Origin: Flaccisagitta enflata
Taxonomy: Eukaryota
Length of the DNA: 64,000 bases
Assembly: GCA_965153355.1 (NCBI GenBank)
Contig: OZ231126.1
Location: 33,108,001-33,172,000 of the forward strand
Direction: 5' to 3'
The stretch's first letter is position 1. Each line of letters opens with the position of its first letter. The notes under the pieces were generated by a model, which saw only the letters and a list, made by a program, of their open reading frames with translations, did not search any database and was not told where the DNA came from. The position numbers and the translations under genes are program-made. This document shows positions 36,700-49,667 of this stretch, one piece after another.

Positions 36700-39528
36700 T
36701 ACCTAGTGGTGTTTTTTGTCAGTGCATCGTGGGTTGTTACAAGCTGTCTTGAGTAAGTATCCTTGCAGTAGTTGCTGTTTAATAGCATTTTTAAAAATAG
36801 ATTTTCTAGCTTTCTTTTTAGTCTCACTGGGAATCTCATTCCAAAAATTGAGTCCCTTTGAACGGAAACTGTTTTTACCAGCCCTTGTTTTATAAATTGG
36901 TATTCTTAGATTAAGAGGTTCTTGGGTGTGGGCCCTTAAATTGAACCTACTGACTTACTGATCTTTTTTTACAAACTGTCTGATCTCATTAGGGGCGTTA
37001 TTGTTATATATTGCAGTCATGAGTTAGCATCAGACATTGTTGCTTGTAGAGATCTTCAAACTTAAGTAGGCCTGTCTTCTTCATTCTAGGTTCAGTATGG
37101 GATGAGTAATAAGACTTTATTATTGTTCTAATTGCTCGCTTTTGAATTGTAACTATTCTGTTTTTGTTCTGACCGCTGCATCCTTCCCATGCTGGCAAGC
37201 CTTACTGGAGATGGGGTTGAATAAACGAATTATACAGGAGCTTGAGGAATGATGGAGGAAGTAACTTTTTTACTCTGTTAATAACACTGTTATTACGGGA
37301 TATTGTGTTTGCAACTTTAATACAGTGCTTATCCCAATTAAGTCGGCTATCTATTTGTATTCCAAGAAATGGAGCATCTTCTTCATATTGTAATTTCATA
37401 CCATCCATAATAACATTATCAGTTCTATCAGGGTGTGTTTGTGTCTTGCTAAAATAGACCATCTTAGTTTAATGTGGTGTAGTGTTAAGTTTGAGTTGGT
37501 TAGCTTTGAAGTAATCATTGACATTTTCTAGTTCATGGTTAAGTTCCCTGATAACAATTTCTAATGTCTTGCCTCTGACAAGTAGATTGGTATAATCAGC
37601 ATACATTACAGATTTCAGTTTTGTAGAAGAGGGCAAGTCATTGATGTAAATAAGAAAGAGGAGAGGTCCAAGAATACTGCCTTGCGGTACGCCTGTCTCT
37701 AGAGCTAGCAGAGAGCTTTTGCAATTGCCCCATTCTGTAAATTGTCGTCTGTTCTTTAAGTAAGATTCAAACCAATTGAGGGCTTTTCCTTTTATTCCAT
37801 AATGCTTTAAATGTAAGAGTAGAATATCATGATTTAAAGTGTCAAAAGCCTTACTCAAGTCACAAAATATTCCTATAGCTTTTTATTTTTTTCCATTGCA
37901 TCCTTAATTGACCCAAGAAAGTCAAGAGTGGCGTAAACCCATATTGTGAGTCAAAAATGATTTCATAGCGGACCAGGAACTTAAAGACTTTGTTATAAAT
38001 AAGTCGCTCAATGATCTTGGAAAATATAGGAAGCAATGAAATTGGTCTATAGTTTTCATATAGTTGTTTACTTCCCTTAATCTTGTAGATGGGTATCACT
38101 CTTGCAATTTTCGCATTTTCTGGGAAAATACCTTCCCTTTGTGAGCAGTTGATAAGATGTGCCACAACTGGAGCAAGTATGTCCATGTCATTCAGAACAA
38201 TGTTTTGTTGAAATCCCATTGGGTTTATACTAGTCTTGAGCTTAAACTTTTTACAAGCATCTGTGACATTATTTGCTACGATATCATTAAGAAGTATTGA
38301 GTTCTGATTGACTTTTACATGGTTATGAAGGTAATGTTCTGCATTGTGTGTGGGTTGCCCCACACTTTGATTAGTCTCTTTGCCAATTTTAGCATAAAAA
38401 TCAAGTTATTGTCATTTTCTTAGTTATCCTCAACCCAGTTGCTTTAGTGGTAGAATCCAGTCGTGACTTCGTCCTTGTTGTTTGTTGTATTGGTAACTTG
38501 TTTCATAACAGCAAAATGTCTCTTTATGTTTCCCATGCTATCTTTAATCTGCTTTTCCATATATTGTTTTCGTGCCTTCCTAGTCTTTGCAACAATTTCA
38601 TTCCTCAGCTTTTGGTACTCCGGTCTCCTATCTTTTATTTTGACCAATCTGTCTCTTTTCCTCATGTCAGTCAAAATTTCGTTGGTCATCCAAGGTTCAC
38701 GTTTGTATCTGCTTGATCCCTTTTTACATGTTTTCACAGTCTTGGTCTCATTGTAGTGTTTTGAGTATTTTGAAATGATTAAATCATACGCCAGATTTGG
38801 ATTGTTTTGTTCAGACACCTCATTCCAATTCTCCTGTCTTAGCCCTTCCCTTCTTTGAAAACGGTTTTCTTTCGTGAAAAACGTTTTTTCAAAGGTCTCC
38901 TTTTTCACTTTTTAGTCGCGTGCACGCGACTCTACACCTTGGTCTGTCGGTCGGTCGGTCCATCCGCCCGTCCAAAATATTTCTAAATTTTTTATCGTCT
39001 TTAACGTTTCTTAATATTTGTTAACATTTTTTAACATTTGTTAACATTTTTTATCATTTTTTAACATTTCTTAAAATTTTACCTTTTTCAACATTTCTAA
39101 AGTTTTTTTAAACATTTTTTAACCTTTTCTAACATTCTTTAACATTTTTTAACATTCTTTAACATTCTTTAACATTTTTTAAATTTTTTTCAACATTTTT
39201 TAACATTGCGAACATTTCAACATGTTTTTGCTCTTTTGTTTGTCATTTCCTGACGCACGCGACTGTTGCCCTTTAGGGCTTGTTTTGTAATATCTATATC
39301 TAATATGACGAATGTTGGAAAATGGTCTGTGTAGCCGCTACTGCCAGCAATTTCTGTGTCAATTATGCTACTAATGATATTTTCTTTGTTGTCACGGGTA
39401 AAGATATGATCAACTAGTGGCGTTTGCCATAACGTGTTCCATGAAACCTTGATTAGGCATGAAATAGAAATGCAATAATTCATTACAATTTTCTTATAAT
39501 GATAATCAGACGAGTCTGTATTGTGCTT
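36700..39528 (-). pseudogene. LINE ORF2 (AP endonuclease + reverse transcriptase), broken by frameshifts, stops and an insertion
   Basis: EN: LVDHIF...TDHFP; linker: EPWMTNEIL; RT: NYRPISLLPIFSKIIERL, SQYGF, SKAFDTLNH, GVPQGSILGPLLFLIYINDL, YADYT (canonical YADDT), FLGIQIDSRLNW, IQKRAIR; C-terminus FWNEIP...CNNPRC. Confidence 0.95.
38909..39286 (+). mobile_element. DINE/HINE-like element inserted in the LINE ORF2
   Basis: TTTTT|AGTCGCGTGCACGCGACT ... GCACGCGACTGTTGCCCTTTAGGGCTTG|TTTT; LINE peptide DIDITK...KVKKETF lies on either side. Confidence 0.85.
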
Positions 39529-39534
39529 AATGGC

Positions 39535-39760
39535 CGCCTGTAGGCAGCCTCACTGCCACGTGTGGACAGTCCCACTTCCGCCTGTGGGCGGTCCCACTGC
39601 CACCTGTGGGCTGTCCCACTGCCGCCTGTGAGCGGTCCCACTGCCGCCTATGGGCGATCGCACTGCTGCCTGTTGGCGGTCCCACTGCCACCTGTGGGCG
39701 GTCCCACAACCACCTGTGGATGGTCCCACTGCTACCTATGGGCAATCCCACTGCTGCCTA
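39535..39760. repeat. 22-bp GC-rich minisatellite, about 10 copies
   Basis: Unit CCCACTGCCRCCTGTGGGCGGT with an internal CCCAC/GTGGG inverted repeat. Confidence 0.9.
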
Positions 39761-39789
39761 AATCTGTCCATTTTAAGTCTGTCCAACTT

Positions 39790-42040
39790 GAGTGACAGAC
39801 TTGTGTCACAGACATTGGAGAAATCGGGGTTGTGTGACAGAGATTTTAGAATTGTGGGTTGTGTGTCAAACATTGGAGTATCTTGGGTTGTGTGACAGAC
39901 ATTGGAGAATCTTGGGTTGTGTGACGGACATTGAAGACTTCTGGGATATGTGACAGACATTGGAGTATCTGGGGTTGTGTGACAGACATTGGAGAATCTT
40001 GGGTTGTGTGACAGTCATTGGAAAATTGTGGGTTGTGTGACAGATAAAATAAGGATTTTGGGTTGTGTGACAGACATCATAGAATTTTGGGTTGTGTGAC
40101 AGACACCAGAGTTTTCTGGATTGTGTGATAGACACTAAAAAAATTTTTGGTTGTGACAGACTGTGACAGACATTGGAGAATCTTGGGTTGTGTGACTGAC
40201 ATTGGCGAATCTTATCTTGTGTGACAGACATAAAAGACTTCTGCATTATGTGACAGACATAAGAGAATTTTCTGTTGTGTTACAGACATTGGAACATTGG
40301 TTGTGTGACAGACATTGGAGAGTCCTAGGTTGTTTGACAGACATTGGAGAATCTTATCTTGTGTGACAGACATCAAAGACTTCTGCATTATGTGACAGAT
40401 ATTGGAGTATCTTGGGTGTGTGACAGACATTGGAGAATCTTGGGTTGTGTAACAGACATTAGCAAATCTTTTGTTGTGTGACAGACATAGGAGACTTCTG
40501 GGTTATGTGACAGACATTAGAAAGTTGCGGGTTGTAAGTTGGAGACTTTTGGGTTGTGTGACAGACATCAAAGAATTTTTGGGTTGTGTTATAGACATTG
40601 GATAATTCGAGGTTATGTGACAGACATTGGAGAATCTTAGGTTGTATGACAGACATTGGAGAAATTTGAGTTGTCTGACAGACATTGGAGACTTCTGGGT
40701 TGTGTGACAGACATTGGAGTATCTTGGGTTATGTGAGACATTGGAGAATCTAGGGTTGTGTGATAGACATGGAAGAATCTTGGGTTATGTGACAGACATT
40801 GGAGAAAAACTGTTGTGTGACAAACATTGGAGTATCTTGGGTTGTGTGACAGACATTGGAGAATCTTGGGTTGTGTGACAGACATTGGAGAATCTTGGGT
40901 TGTGTGACAGACATTGAAGAAGCTTGGGTTATGTGAGAGACATTGGAGAATTTCTGTTGTGTGACAGACATTGGAGTATCTTGGGTTGTGTGACAGACAT
41001 TAGAGTATCTTGGGTTGTGTGACAAACATTGGAGAATCTTGGGTTGTGTGACAGATATTGGAGAAATTTGGGTTGTGTGACAGACATTGGAGACTTCTAG
41101 ATTATGTGACAGACATTGGAGAATCTTGGGTTGTGTGACAGACATTGGAGAAGTTTGGGTGGTGTGACAGACATTGGAGACTTCTAGATTATGTGACAGA
41201 CATTGGAGAATCTTGGGTTGTGTGACAGACATTGGAGAAGTTTGGGTGGTGTCAGAGACATTGGAGACTTCTGGGTTGTGTGACAGACATTGGAGTATCT
41301 TGGATTGTATGACAGACACTGGAGAATGTTGGGTTGTGTGACAGACATTGGAGAATCCTGGGTTATGTGACAGACATTGGAGAATTTCTATTGTGTGACA
41401 GACATTTGAGTATCTTGGGTTGTGTGACAGACATTGGAGAATCTTGGGTTGTGTGATGGACATTGGAGACTTCTGGGTTGTGTAACAGACATTGGAGTAT
41501 CTTGGGTTGTGTGACAGACATTGGAGAATCTTGGTTTGTGTGACAGACATTGGAGAATCTTGGGTTATGTGACAGACATTGGAGAATTTCTGTTGTGTGA
41601 AAGACATTGGAGTGTCTTGGGTTATGTGACAGACATTGGAGGGTCTTGGGTTGTCTGACAGACATTGGAGAAATTTGGGTTGTGTGACAGACATTGGAGA
41701 CTTCTGGGTTGTGTGACAGACATTAGAGTATCTTTGGTTGTGTGACAGACACGGAGAATCATGGGTTGTGTGATGGACATTGAAGACTTCTTGATTGTGT
41801 GACAGACATTGGAGTATCTTGGGTTGTGTGACAGACATTGGAGAATCTTGGGTTGTGTGACAGACATTGGAGAATCTTGGGTTATGTGACAGACATTGGA
41901 AAATTTCAGTTGTGTAACAGACATTGGAGAATTTTGGGTTGTGTGACAGACATTGGAGAATTACTGTTGTGTGACAGACATTGGAGACTCCTAGGTTGTA
42001 TGACAGACATTGAAGAATTCTAGGTTGTGTGACAGACATC
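39790..42040. repeat. 29-bp tandem array, roughly 75-80 copies
   Basis: Unit TTGGGTTGTGTGACAGACATTGGAGAATC; the 29-aa repeat ORFs equal three monomers. Confidence 0.95.
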
Positions 42041-42099
42041 ACACATGGAGAAAACTCTGGGGATATAGTGTTCCACTATCGTGGAACACAACATTCAGC

Positions 42100-42780
42100 T
42101 TGGTTGTGTGACGGACATTCAGAGAAAACTGGGTTGTGAGACGGACATTCGGAGAAAACTCAGTTGTGTGACAAAATTCGGAGAAAACTGGGTTGTGTGA
42201 CGGACATTCAGAGAAAACTGGGTTGTGTGACGGACATTTGGAGATAACTGGGTTGTGTGACAGACATTCTGAAAAAAATGGGTTGTGTGACGGACATTCG
42301 TAGAACACTGGGTGGTGTGACGGACATTCGGAGAAAACTGGGTTGTGTGACAGACATTCGGAGAAACCTGAGTTGTGTGACGGACATTCAGAGAAAACTG
42401 GGTTGTGTGACGGACATTCAGAGAAAACTGGGTTTTGTGACGGACATTTGGAGAAAACCGGTTAGTGTGACGGACATTCGGAGAAAACTGGGTTGTGTGA
42501 CAGACATTCAGAGAAAACTGGGTTTTGTGACGGACATTTGGAGAAAACTGGGTTGTGTGACAGACATTCAGAGAAAACTGGGTTGTGTGACGGACATTTG
42601 GAGAAAACTGGGTGGTGTGACGGACATTCGGAGAAAACTAGGTTGTGTGACGGACATTGGGAGAAAACTGGGTTGTGTGACGGACATTTGGAGAAAACTG
42701 GTTAGTGTGACGGACATTCGGAGAAAACTAGGTTGTGTGACGGACATTGGGAGAAAACTGGGTTGTGTGACGGACATTGT
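42100..42780. repeat. 30-bp tandem array, about 23 copies, related to the 29-bp unit
   Basis: Unit GGGTTGTGTGACGGACATTCGGAGAAAACT. Confidence 0.95.
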
Positions 42781-43189
42781 GTGACTCTACACCCCGCTTT
42801 GTTGGTCCGTCGGTCCGTCCGTCGGTCCGTCGGTCCATCCGTCGGTGCGTCGGTCTGTTTGTCCGTCGGTCCGTCACACTTCACTTTTTCGGCGTTAATG
42901 GGGGTTTTGGCCTCATTGCTCCTGCCCAAATGTTCCACTGACCTCAATTATGGCCCCTGCCCACCCGCACGCGACTGGGGTAGGCGTGTATCCGAATGAG
43001 CCCTCCAATGAAATTGATAGGGTAAGTAAATTTGATGATTCTCTTTCATTTGGCGCCAAGCAGAATGCTCTACGACAAATATTTTTTGCGCTATGATTTT
43101 TTAAAGATTTATTTATGAAAAATTCGAATAGAATTTTTTTCAATTTTTTTATGATTTTGTGTAGGATCAATAAAGGAGTGTATTCATGT

Positions 43190-43615
43190 TTATGTGAGCA
43201 GGCAAATACAAATAGACATATTTATGAGCACAGCTGCTCATCTGTGAGGGTGTTTTTGAGCATTTTAGCTCAATAAGCTCACTTAGCTCAGTCTATTCTT
43301 TCTGATTTCGAATATGATAAATGACTAAATATTTTCATACTTGTTTAAGCAAGCAATTAAAAAAAACAAGTCAGTGAGCAGAGCTGCTCATCTGTGCGAG
43401 CGTTTTTAAGTATTCTAGCTCATTTAGCTCATTTAGCTTGCTCTTTTTCTCTGATTTTAAATAGGATAGATAAATTAATGTTTTGATTTAAGCATGCAAG
43501 TACAAGGAAGCATATCAGTGAGCAAAGCTGGTTGTCTGAATGAATTATTTTGAATATTTTAGCTCATCTTGCTCATTTGGCTCAGTCCTAATTTTCTCCG
43601 ATTTTCAGTGCAATC
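43190..43615. repeat. Three diverged ~150-bp tandem units
   Basis: TGAGCACAGCTGCTCATCTGTG...TTAGCTCA..AGCTCA.TTAGCT recurs near 43225, 43375 and 43519. Confidence 0.7.
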
Positions 43616-44768
43616 AATACATGCAATTGCTTTCGATTTGATCTGATAAAAAAAAGATTTCAGTGACTGAAGATACAAGCATGGTAAAAAGTGACCACTG
43701 CTTACGACTTTTTTCCTCACGGCGACAGCCGCCATTACTGGTACAAACTGTCCAGTAAGGGGATGATATGTTCATCATCCTCGCTATTTTCATAGATGTT
43801 ACAAAAATTTCTGGTTTCGTCTGCGAAAACATCCGAGGTAGTTAAATCACGATTAATCATGAAGTAAGTGATTGGGGGAGTAAATGAGAAAAAACAAGGA
43901 GAAAGCGAGATATAGGCGGGGAAACTAACTCAAAAGGTCTAGACCTAGTTTGGTTATGATCTACTACTTCGACCTTCATCAGTAATCTAAATTACACCTG
44001 AGTTGGACACTAGGATTACTTTAAACATACCATTTCCAGTATAACAATGTGTAGTGAACCAACTTGAAGTGTCGGAGAGGACGTCCATGGCGCCAATGGA
44101 GTCGAGGACAGGAGATAATATATATTTCTTTTTGCTTGGTTCCTCCGGGAATTAATAAGCGCCGTTAAGGTGTTGATGAAGAGAAGTCGTGATACGCGAT
44201 TGCTTACATCATTTAAGAACACATTTTGATTGAAATTCAGGACAGCTTTGAGTCTAGCATCCCATTCAAATTTAGCGTTTCATCAGTTTTTTTTTCCTTT
44301 CAAGTATAGGGTTCGCCCGCAAGTATAGGGTTTGCCCGCAAGTTTTTCCCACCGCGGGCTCGACGGGCCCGCTCATATTTGGCTCAATATTTTTCATTGA
44401 TGCTGAAGTGATACATTGATTTTTTTGTAACACTTATGTTTCCTTCTCTGTTTCCGCGACGTTAAACAAAACTGTCTTTTTCAGCAAATGAGTTTTTTTC
44501 GCGATCTCCGAGGGATTCTTCTAATAGGAATTATCTTAGTTGGGAAAGTCCTCCACACAGAACTTCGCCACCAACTTTGACGCGACGTTCCCCTTTTTCT
44601 CTCGTAATGGTTTAAGTGGCTATGTACAGTTCGTTCTTGAGCCACGTTAACAATATCTGAAAAGAGAATTAACGACGCTCCCCCCTCCTTGCCGAACCGT
44701 AGTCCGAAGGCAGTCGCTCGGCAAGAAAAATGCAGCGTCCTTTAAACAAGTGAAGTAGTAGAAATTAG

Positions 44769-45401
44769 CAGCCCTGATTTTAGAGCGGGCCCGCGGGCCC
44801 GAGGCCCACCTTTTTGCTGTCGGGCCCGCAAGTTTTTCCCACCGCAGGCTCGACGGGCCCGCTTATATTTGGCTCAATATTTTTCATTGATGCTGAAGTG
44901 ATATATTGATTTTGTTTTCTTTCTTTCTTTCTTTATTTTTTTTCTTTCTTTCTCTCTTTCTTTCTTTCTTCTTTTCTATCTTTTTTTTGTTTTTTTACAT
45001 TGTATGTTTGTTAGTTTGTTCATTTCTTTCTTCTTTTTCTCTTTTCTTTCTTTCTTACTTTACTGGAAACATTGATTTTTTTTTGCAGCAACCCTGCTAG
45101 GGACAAATTCCTGTTGAACACAGGGGACTTCCATTTTTAGTCGCGGACACGCGACTCTACACCTTGGCGTGTCGGTCGGTAAGTCGGTACGTAACAAATA
45201 TTTCTTAATTCCGAGCAGTTTTTGCTTACGGCCCCTGCCCAACCGTCCGCGACTGTCCTGCCGTGTATCCGGCCTTGTTTTTTGTCACTCCGTTTGTTTG
45301 TTTATCTCCCCACCCCCTTTTCAGGCTTCAAATCAGGCCCCTCAGGCCGGGTATTGCAGAATACATTTTTCCTTTGAGCAACTGTTTTTCTTTCCTATCT
45401 G

Positions 45402-45481
<80 letters not shown>

Positions 45482-45827
45482 TCACTTATCCTCTCTTTTG
45501 TCCTTTCTTTCTTTTATCCTTTCCTTCTTTTATCCTTTCTTTCTCTTATCCTTTTTCTTTTATTCTTCCTTTCTTTTGTTTCTTTTTTTTTTCTTTCTTT
45601 GTTTCTTTTCTCGTTTCCTTTCCTTCTTTCCTCACTGTTTTTTTTCTTGCTTTCCTCTTTTTTCTATTTTCTCTCTTTTCTCTACTTTATCTTTCTTTTT
45701 GTTTTACCTTTCTTCCTCTTTGGACAGTAGTTTTGTCGGGCCCGCTGTTTTTTTGTTGGGCCCGCTAAATTTGATGGGAGCGTGCCCGACTGGCCCGCTC
45801 AAAAAAAAATCACTAAGATCAGGGCTG
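44769..45827. mobile_element. hAT-type non-autonomous element
   Basis: 8-bp TSD GAAATTAG; TIRs CAGCCCTGAT/ATCAGGGCTG; subterminal GGCCCG motifs at both ends. Confidence 0.88.
45134..45283 (+). mobile_element. DINE/HINE-like element, family B, nested in the hAT element
   Basis: TTTTAGTCGCGGACACGCGACTCTACAC ... GTCCGCGACTGTCCTGCCGTGTATCCGGCCTTGTTT. Confidence 0.82.
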
Positions 45828-46029
45828 GAAATTAGCAAATGGTGATGAAAAACGTTTTAACTTTAACGGTATCCTAAAAGATAAAAAATGTTGTGTGTGA
45901 GTCACAGAAGGGCTGGCAGATCAACCAAGCAGCTCATCGTAGCAAGCGTGCGTCTTAAAATTCCTTCTGATTGCCTTTCCAATTAAAGAGGTGTCATGAG
46001 AGTCACGCCACGTAGCGTCACGTCATCTA

Positions 46030-46642
46030 CAGTGTGGTGCATAAATAAGTAGCCAGTACTTTCAAAAGCTAATTGTGTCAGTTCTGGCACTTAAAAACAC
46101 TTAAAATCTGTGAGATTCTTAAAGATCTTCGAAAGTTCTACAAATCTAGTCCAATCCCAGACTTATATCTCAATTTGCTAGTAATTTATACAAGTTCAAA
46201 GAGGAGAAGTAATTTAGAAGAATCTATCACTGAACAACCACGGGTAAAACACAAAATGGACTTAGTTTTTCTTTGATAGATCAAAAACAAATCATAATAA
46301 AGACTTCAAATCCATGAGCATTTTAAAGAGCTTCGAAAACTCTACAAATCTAGTCCAAACAGAGATTTGTAGCTTGATTCGTTTTCAAATGACAACATTT
46401 TAAAGAAAACAACTCAGTTTTCTGATCGTCAAAAAGGAGCTCATTTTCCCAACATGGTTTTGATATGCTTCTATTCAAACTAATGTCGCTTCTAAATGAA
46501 AAGAGCCACAAATTTGGGATTGGTCTCAAATTGAAGAAAATTGAAAATCCTTTCATATCATCACCAATAAATTTATCCTATCATTTCTTGAATAAGCAAA
46601 ATAGTCTTTACAAAAGTGGCTACTTATTTATGCGCCTCACTG
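46030..46642. mobile_element. TA-flanked Tc1-like MITE
   Basis: TA|CAGTGTGGTGCATAAATAAGTAGCCA ... TGGCTACTTATTTATGCGCCTCACTG|TA. Confidence 0.88.
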
Positions 46643-47647
46643 TATATACACACTTATCGTTTACTAATAAGTTGGGAGCTTTCCCCAGCCCAATGACGGA
46701 AATGTTTCCTTTTTTCCTGACACGGCGGCTTGCCCCTCCTCCTTCTCTTCCTCCTCTTGTGCCTCTTCCTCCTGTTTTGCTACCTCCTCCTCGTTCTCTG
46801 GTTGTCATTACACCGAAGGGCCTCCATTGGCAAGCAAGCAAACGTATTACGCATCGACTTCATTAAAGTATAACGGTATGTTTCTCAGCCCCACGGCGGC
46901 GGCGGCGATGGTGGTGGTAGCGCTGGTGGCACAGGCGGAGGTGGCGGTTGCGGCGTTGGCGTCATTTCTCGGCACCACGGCGTCTACGTCACAGGAAAGC
47001 GGCGCGTGTGTCAAGTCGGCGTCGAGTAGGCGGCGTCGCGCGCCAGTCAAGTTTTCCTCTACTTGGATTCCGGCCTCGTCTTTACCTTGGTTGTGCCAGA
47101 TGGTGTTGGCGGCGTCGATGGCGGCGGCGTCGATCCATTACCGGAAAAAGGAAAAGACGTTTTGCTCGCTGCCGATTAGATGAGATTCCAGAAACACCGT
47201 CGTAGCTGCCGGTGCCGCTGCCGGCGCCGCTGCCGTCGATGCTACAGCTGCTTTCTCTCTCCTGGTTGCCTCCAACATTGCATTGCCGCCACCATCAACA
47301 TTAACTTCATCATGACGCCACCAACACCAGCACCAACACCACCAATACCAGCACCAACTTCATGCTGCATACCCACTGTCATTAACGCCAATATCACGCC
47401 AAAATGCATCACCACCACCTTACTGTCGTTACCAACACCAACACAAAAACCACCATCAATGCTACCGACCTTCAAAAGCCAAAAACATCATCTCCGCCTT
47501 TACTACAACACCCCTAAAACAACCAACATCTTCACCACCAAAAGTCCACCACCAATACCATCACACCACAGAGACAACCAATATCGTCAACCGGTCTCCG
47601 AGACAGTCACCACAGCAGCAAATGCAGCGGCCGTAGTGTCCCGCATT

Positions 47648-47764
<117 letters not shown>

Positions 47765-48034
47765 CATTCTGAAAAAGGCGCTAAAAGCGCTGATTCCCAA
47801 CTTAGCGATGAAAACGCGTTCCACACGTCGAAGTCAAAGAGAGAGAGTACAAATTTATTCAAATCCCGCTCTTCAGCTTTTTAAAGAGAACGCATAATAT
47901 GTTTCCCATGGAAATTTTTTTGGCTTTTTTTCCCTTCTTTTTTCATTTCCGCAGTCGCGAAGTTAAGAATTTGGCCGCGGAGGGAGCGCCCTAAGTCGAC
48001 GAAAGCCCCATTTTGTTTATTACGTCTTTCTGTT

Positions 48035-48122
<88 letters not shown>

Positions 48123-48166
48123 TTTTTCTTTTTTTCTTTTTTTCTTTTTTTCTTTTTTTCTTGCCT

Positions 48167-48241
<75 letters not shown>

Positions 48242-48640
48242 CTTTCTTTGGTAAAGCGATTTCGCCCCAAAAGTCCTTTCTTCATCCCCACAATCATGAC
48301 TAAAAATGAAAACTTTAGAGTTGGGAGACGTTGTTTATCAGCTCCTGCTTTGTACCGGTGTGAAGAACCGGCATGGAGGAGTCGCCAAGATCATGGGTTA
48401 GAGGAAATAATTGATACGTGTAGATGATGCTGGTTTGAGACAAGCTAATTTTGTGCTTGAGTGTAGTGAAGGAATGAGTTTCGGAGTACTTGAGTTAAGG
48501 AATATGTAATTGTCTGAGTTGTTTATTGCTGTGGCATGTTGCAAACTTTCCTCGACAGAATCAATTGATTTACTTTTCTTGCTGCTTTATTCTAATTATT
48601 GATCCATTACTCTCCAGCTTGTGTTGTAAGACGCTTAACG

Positions 48641-48830
48641 AACAAGACCAAGAGACGTCCAATAAATGCCGCGTCTTTCGGTACAAGTTCATATAATTAT
48701 AAGAGAAGAGAGATGAAGACTTTAAGAGAAAACCCTCAAAATCCCATTGAGAAATATTCGCGTCACCGACAGACCTAGGAACGAGCGGACATACATACCC
48801 TATTTCAGAGATGCGAGGACGTATCATAAA
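48641..48830 (-). mobile_element. DINE/HINE-like element, family D (diverged)
   Basis: AACAAGACCAAGAGACGTCCAATA ... AGAGATGCGAGGACGTATC. Confidence 0.6.
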
Positions 48831-48922
48831 ATTCAAGGCTGGGTTATATCTGTTTTCTTACATGGTGAAACTTGTTGCAAGAAAAATCAGTCCGGCAAAT
48901 GAATGATTAGCAATTGCTCAAT

Positions 48923-49008
<86 letters not shown>

Positions 49009-49206
49009 TCATTAGAAGAAAACGGAGCATTGAAACCCGATGGATAGATGCATCCGAAACCCTGAAGTTTTAACATCAACCGTAATTCGCTGCCACATTC
49101 ATTGCCACATCCTATCTTTAATGGCATCGCCACAATTTCGAATTTTCGTCTCGCACCGTCGAATTCCCTCTTTTTTATTCTCTCTGTCTCTCTGTCTCTG
49201 TCTCTG

Positions 49207-49667
<461 letters not shown>

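Larger units (their letters stand above)
36235..39528 (-). mobile_element. 5'-truncated, decayed LINE (CR1/L2 group)
   Basis: ORF2 fragments (see pseudogene entry), putative 3' UTR with TTAGG-like motifs at 36637-36680, and AATAAA near 36234-36239 on the minus strand. Confidence 0.88.

Noticed and set aside
40750..42042. 430-aa ORF rich in Cys/His
   Set aside because: It is a read-through of the 29-bp array (three monomers give 29 aa). All three frames give the same repeating peptide, and the spacing is not that of a C2H2 finger.
39790..42780. CRISPR-like appearance (conserved core with variable intervening bases)
   Set aside because: The variable part is only ~8 nt drawn from a few related variants, with no unique spacers and no cas genes, in a eukaryotic context. 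It is a minisatellite.
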